A stretch of 64,000 nt of DNA from Antedon mediterranea (lineage: Eukaryota; Animalia; Echinodermata): the NCBI RefSeq assembly GCF_964355755.1, contig NC_092671.1, forward strand, positions 11,780,001-11,844,000. Direction: 5' to 3'. The notes below the pieces were generated by a model. The model was not told where the DNA came from. It was given only the letters and a program-made list of their open reading frames with translations, and did not search any database. Shown here piece after piece: positions 55,501 to 64,000 of this stretch. The translations under genes and the position numbers were made by a program. Position 1 is the first letter of the stretch. The number at the start of each line of letters is the position of its first letter.

Positions 55501-58500
55501 AAATGTTAACATAGGTAACAAAATGTTATGTTTTCAAGTTTTAGAGAAAAGCGTTACACAAAAATCATACAGAAAGAAAGAAGAAAAATAAAAAGTTGAT
55601 GTTGATGATTTCGTACAATCACAAGAGGTTATCCTGCAACTTCGTTGCGGATAACCAACTAGACATGTAACTCGTCACTTTGACGAGTTTGGTTATCCGC
55701 CGCGCAAGTGGTGCAACATTAACATTAAGGGGATAGGTTGAGGACAAAAGGAAGTGTTCACGTTGGCGTTATGACCTGAACTGAAGAATATGATCTGTTG
55801 TTATTGCTGAATTTTATTATTTAAATTCATATATAGTATACACAGTATAATCTGTATCCATATCACATACAGTGTAGAATAGGTGAAATTACGGGACCCG
55901 CTATTTATTGCAATTTTTAACATGTTGACGGTTTTAAAATGAAACGCAAAGTTAGCAATTCCGAAAGGAAATTATCTCAGCAACAACGTATTAGCGTGTA
56001 GAAGAAATTTGAATACGTTAAATATTGATGCGCGCTCTTTTAAATGTAATGAATTATGACGCAACAGATGAAAATACGACCTTTTTTATTTAACTGGCCA
56101 TATGATGACGTCACAACATCCGATTGGCAACATTTTTACATAATTTCGTATCTGCAATCCAATAGCTTCCAGAAAAAATTGTAATCGTGATTATCACATT
56201 TTATTCTTACGAGCTATAACAGATTAAAATTTACTGTAAAGATGAAATTGATGCCATACGTGATTTAAATTTTTAGGCATGATGACGTCAAAAAAATTAA
56301 AATATTTTTAACTCATGCGAAAGATAGTTGATTGACCTAGACAATATCAAAATCGGGATGAAAATGGAAAACGGATAAGTGGAGATGCGCTCTATTCAAT
56401 GTGATGAGCTATGACGAAAGATACAAAAATCCTAAATTTTATATTCGCGTGGCCATACGATGACGTCACAATGTCCGGTTAGCCATATTAATACCTGATC
56501 CGATATCTAAAACTCATCTACTTCCAGAATATGTCATCCACAAAAATTTGACCGTCTAGTTTAGAAATTACGACTGTTTAAAAAAAGGCATATTTTAAAC
56601 GAATTTTTTAACCTTTTCATAAAAAACGCGCGCAAATTGTCCAATTGGACGTGCTCGTATGACGTATCTTTAAGTCGAAATTGTTTAAAATTTGGTAAAA
56701 TTACTAGAAAAAGCTGGAAAAACATAAATCACGCGAAAAAAATACGTTTTCAATGCTACGTGCGCACCGCACACATAAAAATGTGCGCACGCGTGGGAAT
56801 TTTTTACATGCTTAAAACGACATGAAACGCGTAGAAAGTTGATTAGAAATTAATTTTGCGCATTTTGAAATTTTAAATGCGCGTGCGCGCGTAACTTTGT
56901 GTAAAACACGCAATTTTTTTTCAACAGACAGTTAGCGCATGATATAAATTAAACTTTTGAAAAGTTTCACTTTAAAATGTTATTTGGTTTTCGACATATG
57001 TTAAATACGAGAAAATCGTTAAATCGCGCGTACGTCGCGTTGCGCAATTGCAAACATCATGAAAAGCTTCGCTTGACGACGTTACGTGAATGTCAAAATG
57101 TTAACATAGTTAACAAAATGTTATGTTTGCAAGTTTTAGAGAAAAGCGTTACACAAAAATCATACAGAAAGAAAGAAGATGACAAAAAAGATGACTAGAC
57201 ATGTAACTCGTCACTTTGACGAGTTTGGTTATCCGCCGCGCAAGTGGTGCAACATTAACATTAAGGGGATAGGTTGAGGACAAAAGGAAGTGTTCACGTT
57301 GGCATTATGACCTGAACTGAAGAATATGATATGTTGTTATTGCTGAATTTTATTATTTAAATTCATATATAGTATACACAGTATAATCTGTATCCATATC
57401 ACATACAGTGACATACAGTGTAGAATAGGTGAAATTACGGGACCCGCTATTTATTGCAATTTTTAACATGTTGACGGTTTTTAAATGAAACGCGAAGGTA
57501 GCAATTCCGAAAGGAAATTATCTCAGCAACAACGTATTAGCGTGTAGAAGAAATTTTAATACGTGAAATATTGATGAGCGCTCTTTTAAATGTAATGAAT
57601 TATGACGCAAAAGATGAAAATACGACCTTTTTTATTTAACTGGCCATATGATGACGTCACAACATCCGATTGGCAACATTTTTACATAATTTCGTATCTA
57701 CAATCCAATAGCTTCCAGAAAAAGTTTTAATCGTGATTATCACATTTTATTCTTACGAGCTATAACAGATTAAAATCTACTGTAAAGATGAAATTGATGC
57801 CACACGTGATTTAGATTTTTAGGCATGATGACGTCAAAAAAATTAAAATATTTTTAACTCATGCGAAAGATAGTTGATTGACCTACACAATATCAAAATC
57901 GGGGTGAAAGTGGAAAACGAATAAGTGGAGATGCGCTCTATTCAATGTGATGAGCTATGACGAAAGATACAAAAATCCTAAATTTTATATTCGCGTGGCC
58001 ATACGATGACGTCACAATGTCCGGTTAGCCATATTAATACCTGATCCGATACCTACAACTCATCTACTTACAGAATATGTCATCCACAAAAAGTTGACCG
58101 TCTAGTTTAGAAATTACGACTGTTTAAAAAAAGGCATATTTTAAACGAATTTTTTAACCTTTTCATTAAAAACGCGCGCAAATTGTCCAATTCGACGTGC
58201 TCGTATGACGTATCTTTAAGTCGAAATTGTTTAAAATTTGGTAAAATTATTAGAAAAGGCTGGAAAAACATAAATCACGCGAAAAAAATACGTTTTCAAT
58301 GCTACGTGCGCACCGCACACGTAAAAATGTGCGCACGCGTGGGAATTTTTGACATGCTTAAAACGACATGAAACGCGTAGAAAGTTGATTATAAATTAAT
58401 TTTGCGCATTTTGAATATTTAAATGCGCGTGCGCGCGTAACTTTGTGTAAAACACGCAATTTTTTTTCAACAGAAAGTTAGCGCATGAAATAAATTAAAC

Positions 58501-58931
58501 TTTTGCAAAGTTTCACTTTAAAATGTTATTTGGTTTTCGACATATGTTAAATACGAGAAAATCGTTAAATCGCGCGTACGTCACGTTGCGCAATTGTAAA
58601 CATCATGAAAAGCTTCGCTTGACGACGTTACATAAATGTCAAAATGTTAACATAGTTAACAAAATGTTATGTTTGCAAGTTTTAGAGAAAAGCGTTACAC
58701 AAAAATCATACAGAAAGAAAGAAGATTAAGAAAAAGATGTTGATGATTTCGTACAATCACAAGAGGTTATCCTGCAACTTCGTTGCGGATAACCAATGAT
58801 GATTTCGTACAATCACAAGAGGTTATCCTGCAACTTCGTTGCGGATAACCAATAAAAAGTTGATGATGATGATGATGATGATTTCGTACAATCACAAGAG
58901 GTTATCCTGCAACTTCGTTGCGGATAACCAA

Positions 58932-60512
58932 CTAGACATGAAACTCGTCACTTTGACGAGTTAGTTATCCGCACGACAAACGCCACGAGCACGTCATGCG
59001 TTGGAATATTGCACACAGAAAAAGATTATGGCATTATGACCTGAAGAAGAATATGATTATGTTATTATTGCTGAATTCTGTTATTTTGTGTCATATAGTA
59101 TACACAGTATAATCTGTATACATCACATACAGTGTAGAATAGGTGAAATTACGGGACCCGCTATTTATTCCAATTTTTAACATGTTGACGGTTTCAAAAT
59201 GAAACCCGAAGGTAGCAATTTCGGAAGAAAATTATCTCAGCAACAACATATTAGCATGTAGAAGAAATTTGAATACGTGAAATATGGATGCGCGCTCTTT
59301 TAAATGTAATGAATTATAATGCAAAAGATGAAAATACGACTTTTTTTATTTAACTGGCCATATGATGACTTCACAACATCCGATTGGCAAAATGTTCACA
59401 TGATTTCGTATCTACAATTCAATAGCTTCCAGAAAACGTTTTAATCGTGATTATCATATTTCATTCTTACGAGCTATAACAGATTAAAATTTACTGTAAA
59501 GATAAAATTTATGCAACATGTAATTTAAATTTTTAGGCATGATGACGTCATAAAAATTAAAATATTTTTAACTCATGCGAAAGACAGTTGATTGACCTAG
59601 ACAATATCAAAATCGGGGTGAAAATGGAAAACGGATAAGTGTAGATGCGCTCTATTAAATGTGATGAGCTATGACGAAAGATACAAAAATCATAAATTTT
59701 GTATTCGCGTGGCCATACAGTGACGTCACAATGTCCGGTTAGCCATAATAATGCATGATCCGATATTTACAACTCATCAACTTCCAGAATATGCAATAAA
59801 AATAACTTTCACCGTTTGGTTTAGAAACTACGACTGTTTAAAAAAAGGTATAATTTTGACAAATTTTGACAAATTTTTGAACTTTTTCATCAAAAACGCA
59901 CATAAATTATCCAATTCGACGTGCCCGTATGACGTGATTTTAAGTCGAAAATGTTTGGAAATTGGTAAAATTACTAAAAAAGAGTGGAAAAACATAAATC
60001 ACGGAAAAAAAATTGTTTTCAACGCTACATGTGCACCGCACGCGTAAAAAAATGCGCACGCGTGGGAATTTTTGACATGCTCAAAATGACATGAAACGCG
60101 TAGAAAGTTGATTAGAAATTGATTTTTCTCAATTTTAAATTTTAAACGCGCATGCGCGCGTAACTTTGTGTGAAACATGCCATTTTTTTTCCACAGTCAG
60201 TTAGCGCAAGATATAAATTAAACTTTTGTTAAGTTTCAATTTAAATTGTTATATGGTTTTCGATCTATATTAAATACGCGAAATTCGTAAAAACGCGCGT
60301 AAGTCATGTTGCGCAACTCTGTCGTCATTCACAATAGGAGGTGCACTATTTCACGTGAATGCCCACATGTTGACAAAGTTATAAAATGTTATGTTAACAC
60401 GTTTTTGAGTTACGCGAGACACAAAATTGACAGAAAGAAAGAATAATACAGAAAAAAAAAAAGATGATTTCATACAGTTACAAGGAGTTATCCGCTGAAT
60501 GCGGATAACTAA
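58932..60512 (-). mobile_element. Intact divergent AGTT-subfamily element
   Basis: subTIR TTAGTTATCCGC; cap GATTTCATACAGTTACAAGGAGTTATCCGCTGAATGCGGATAACTAA. Confidence 0.82.
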
Positions 60513-60647
60513 AAAAGATGATTTCGTACAATCACAAGAGGTTATCCTGCAACTTCGTTGCGGATAACCAAAAATAAAAAGTTGATGATGATGATGATTT
60601 CGTACAATCACAAGAGGTTATCCTGCAACTTCGTTGCGGATAACCAA

Positions 60648-62234
60648 CTAGACATGTAACTCGTCACTTTGACGAGTTTGGTTATCCGCCGCGCAAGTGG
60701 TGCAACATTAACATTAAGGGGATAGGTTGAGGACAAAAGGAAGTGTTCACGTTGGTATTATGACCTGAACTGAAGAATATGATATGTTGTTATTGCTGAA
60801 TTTTATTATTTAAATTCATATATAATATACACAGTATAATCTGTATCCATATCACATACAGTGTAGAATAGGTGAAATTACGGGACCCGCTATTTATTGC
60901 AATTTTTAACATGTTGACGGTTTTAAAATGAAACGCGAAGGTAGCAATTCCGAAAGGAAATTATCTCAGCAACAACGTATTAGCGTGTAGAAGAAATTTG
61001 AATACGTGAAATATTGATGCGCGCTCTTTTAAATGTAATGAATTATGACGCAAAAGATGAAAATACGACCTTTTTTATTTAACTGGCCATATGATGACGT
61101 CACAACATCCGATTGGCAAAATTTTTACATAATTTCGTATCTACAATCCAATAGCTTCCAGACAAAGTTTTAATCGTGATTATCACATTTTATTCTTACG
61201 AGCTATAACAGATTAAAATTTACTGTAAAGATGAAATTAATGCCACACGTGATTTAAATTTTTAGGCACGATGACGTCAAAAAAAATTAAAATATTTTTA
61301 ACTCATGCAAAAGATACTTGATTGACCTAGACAATATCAAAATCGGGGTGAAAATGGAAAACGGATAAGTGGAGATGCGCTCTATTCAATGTGATGAGCT
61401 ATGACGAAAGATACAAAAATCCTAAATTTTATATTCGCGTGGCCATACGATGACGTCATAATGTCCGGTTACCCATATTAATACCTGATCCGATATCTAC
61501 AACTCATCTACTTCCAGAATATGTCATCCACAAAAATTTGACCGTCTAGTTTAGAAATTACGACTGTTTAAAAAAAGGCATATTTTAAACGAATTTTTTA
61601 ACCTTTTCATAAAAAACGCGCGCAAATTGTCCAATTCGACGTGCTCGTATGACGTATCTTTAAGTCGAAATTGTTTAAAATTTGGTAAAATTACTAGAAA
61701 AGGCTGAAAAAACATAAATCACGCGAAAAAAATACGTTTTCAATGCTACGTGCGCACCGTACACGTAAAAATGTGCGCACGCGTGGGAATTTTTGACATG
61801 CTCAAAACGACATGAAACGCGTAGAAAGTTGATTAGAAATTAATTTTGCGCATTTTGAAATTTTAAATGCGCGTGCGCGCGTAACTTTGTGTAAAACACG
61901 CAATTTTTTTTCAACAGACAGTTAGCGCATGATATAAATTAAACTTTTGCAAAGTTTCATTTTAAAATGTTGTTTGGTTTTCGACATATGTTAAATACGA
62001 GAAAATCGTTAAATCGCGCGTACGTCGCGTTGCGCAATTGTAAACATCATGAAAAGCTTCGCTTGACGACGTTACGTGAATGTCAAAATGTTAACATAGT
62101 TAACAAAATGTTATGTTTGCAAGTTTTAGAGAAAAGCGTTACACAAAAATCATACAGAAAGAAAGAAGATGAAAAAAAAGATGATTTCGTACAATCACAA
62201 GAGGTTATCCTGCAACTTCGTTGCGGATAACCAA
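60648..62234 (-). mobile_element. Last intact major-subfamily element of the array
   Basis: Both termini present; shares diagnostic variants with the copy at 21706-23232. Confidence 0.83.
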
Positions 62235-62289
62235 TAAAGATTTCATACAATAACAATAGGTGATCATTTTATTCTAAATGATCACCTAA
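62235..62289 (-). mobile_element. Orphan 5' cap of a distantly related family closing the array
   Basis: GATTTCATACAATAACAA leader like the other caps, then a different perfect 13-bp hairpin TAGGTGATCATTT-tattct-AAATGATCACCTA (62257-62288) followed by an A-run. Confidence 0.65.
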
Positions 62290-62606
62290 AAAACGAGTAG
62301 GAGCAAAGGATAACCCTCTAAACCCGGAGGTTTGTATCCTGAGGGGTTATGACAAGGTCAAGCAGAATGTCGCAATCAAACATCACACATAAATCTGCAA
62401 TTACAGACCATGCTACAAAGGAAAACCGTACACCTATAGGAAGCAAAAGTGTTAAAGAAACAGGGAAATATCAACAAGAGAAGATGGCAAGCAAAAAGTA
62501 ATTATAATTAGAAAAACTGAAAACAACATGAACAGAGATCAAGGAGGAAAGTGGCTGCCACACATACGATGATCTATTAGAAGTGAGACGGCCGACCGCG
62601 GCGGAC

Positions 62607-62641
62607 CACTCTTGGACTCACCCGCACTCTGGGACTCACCC
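62607..62641 (+). repeat. 17-bp direct repeat x2 in a small GC-rich patch
   Basis: CACTCTTGGACTCACCC (62607-62623) and CACTCTGGGACTCACCC (62625-62641). Confidence 0.7.
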
Positions 62642-62883
62642 AGAGGTTTTCAAGTAACAACATATAGAGGGGGCGTGTCACAATAAAATCACGTGACTAT
62701 GCCATGATCGGTGTCGACAAACCAAAACTTGAGAAAGTGCGATGATAACGCGGGGATAACGCATGAAACGTTGGGTAAGTTTCAACGTAACCTTGTTCCT
62801 TCACCATAGGCCTAAACGAAATTATTTTCAAACAATTTAATTTAGATATTAAAGCAACTACAAATTTACAGAATACAAACATT

Positions 62884-63334
62884 TACTTCTACCTAATCAC
62901 AAAGAAAGCTATATGTTCTTTATAGGCCTAAGAAACTAAGGATGAATTTTTATATAATTTTTCTTTTGCAGAATAAATTAGACCCACACAAAATGATCAG
63001 ACAAACACTTTTAATTGATGTAGGAGTTAACGCAAAAATGATAACCCCCGTTCACCTATGATCTAGTTCCCTATGATTCCGGTTTTTCTGCAGAACTACA
63101 CGTATAACTAATGTTAAGCTTTCTATCAATAGATAATTAACTAGTGCTATCTTAAACTTGAGAAAATACTTCTACCTAACTATATAAGAAACTAAGGATG
63201 AATTTTGATATGTTTTTTTTGTTTGTTTTTGCTCTCTTTTTTTTGCAGAATAATTTAGACCCAAATGATCAGACAAACGCTTTAATTGATGTAGGAGTTA
63301 ATGAGGTCGACTTGGTTTCCGGTTTATCTGCAGA
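62884..63334 (+). repeat. Degenerate local duplication (~170-210 bp x2)
   Basis: 62884-63094 and 63167-63334 share TACTTCTACCTAA, AAGAAACTAAGGATGAATTTT, TTTTGCAGAATAA, AATGATCAGACAAAC, TTTAATTGATGTAGGAGTTAA and TTCCGGTTTwTCTGCAGA in the same order. Confidence 0.8.
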
Positions 63335-63773
63335 GATCTCAACACAAATGGAGACATAAGTTTAACTAGACTAAACTAAATAAACCATTAACTAGGCCTA
63401 ACTTAAACTTCAGACCTAATTGTACATGAATGGAATTTTAATCTTTTTTTAATTTTTTTTTTTATAAATCAAAGGATGCACAGACGAAGAATAATTAATG
63501 CGAAATAATTGTTTAACTTTACACATTTTTTTTTCTTCTGTCGTAACACCCGATATGGAAAAAAATAAATAAATTGTTTAAAATGTTACGAGGTCATATT
63601 TTAACATAGGACTATTACAGTAACGTTAAGAAACCTAACAGTTATTTCAAAACTACATACGTGGTGTACCGCAAACTTTATATATCATTACAATTATGTA
63701 TGGTTATTTAAAGTTCATACTGATATAAAGTACTCATAAGTTCACATAAAACAGAATATGAAAAATCATTTAC

Positions 63774-63803
63774 CAGGACCTCCACCACCACCACCACCAC
63801 CAC
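63774..63803 (-). CDS. Candidate 30-nt micro-exon encoding a poly-Gly-Pro stretch of an unknown host gene
   Basis: Minus strand: ttttgtttgtcttttAG|GTGGTGGTGGTGGTGGTGGTGGAGGTCCTG|GTAAAT. It has a pyrimidine tract, AG acceptor, GT donor and a length divisible by 3. It could instead be a (CCA)n microsatellite. Confidence 0.45.
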
Positions 63804-64000
63804 CTAAAAGACAAACAAAACTGTAAATTAACTAAATTTAATAACACCTTGCAACAATCAGTTCACAATGATTTAAGTACACATAGACTATAAGTCACTA
63901 GGCCTAATATAATATTTATAAGTCTCTAATTTTATATATTTTGTTGTGTACTGTGTCTTTTGCTTATTTTAAATTCCTTATCCATTCCATAAGCTAATTA

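Larger units (their letters stand above)
1..62289 (-). repeat. ~62 kb same-orientation array of ~1.15-1.6 kb non-autonomous rolling-circle (Helitron/Helentron-like) elements; continues beyond the left edge
   Basis: Units start on + with CTAGACATGTAACTCGTC (or CTAGATTTGAACTCGTC) at 832, 2512, 4040, 4604, 6140, 7557, 9279, 10938, 12459, 13995, 15653, 17178, 18441, 20040, 21706, 23233, 24761, 26294, 27898, 29051, 30490, 32054, 33628, 35152, 36674, 38208, 39733, 41544, 43109, 44649, 46307, 47833, 49405, 50940, 52539, 54064, 55659, 57195, 58932, 60648. The same short ORFs recur in the ORF track with ~1.5 kb period. Confidence 0.97.

Noticed and set aside
649-62230. Recurrent 60-118 aa ORFs (MSNSTCSYD..., MLFGFRHML...)
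   Set aside because: Short, often with non-ATG starts, freely broken by stops and frameshifts between copies, and with no recognisable HUH, helicase or other domain; they recur only because the DNA repeats.
1-62234. rDNA, 5S, tRNA, snRNA or histone tandem gene cluster, or a regular higher-order satellite
   Set aside because: No recognisable RNA gene or histone ORF; sibling copies recur at irregular spacing with different neighbours.
62310-62350. Imperfect hairpin ATAACCCTC...GAGGGGTTAT in the flank
   Set aside because: Short, imperfect and single-copy; its resemblance to the cap stem may be chance.

Overview
Eukaryotic (probably invertebrate animal) non-coding DNA. Positions 1 to ~62,290 look like a ~1.55 kb tandem satellite, but each unit has the terminal structure of a non-autonomous rolling-circle transposon (Helitron/Helentron-type, HINE/DINE-1-like) on the minus strand: 5'-TTGGTTATCCGC with a 5' hairpin, a body, then a 12-bp inverted subterminal repeat, a 3' stem-loop and CTAG-3'. 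By hand I count 41 element bodies and 40 ~50-bp 5'-end caps. Twenty bodies have no adjacent cap, while other junctions carry stacks of 2-4 caps. The split A/GAT-rich linkers often rejoin base-exactly, and the caps of different subfamilies can close in last-in-first-out order (clearest at 23,233-30,489). My inference is that the array is a nest built by elements repeatedly inserting into the linker next to another element's 5' end, combined with head-to-tail junctions, deletions and recombination. A more diverged outermost cap (62,235-62,289) closes the array. The last ~1.7 kb is non-array AT-rich flank with a candidate 30-nt Gly-rich micro-exon on the minus strand. No RepHel transposase or credible long CDS is present. 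All counts and alignments were done by eye.
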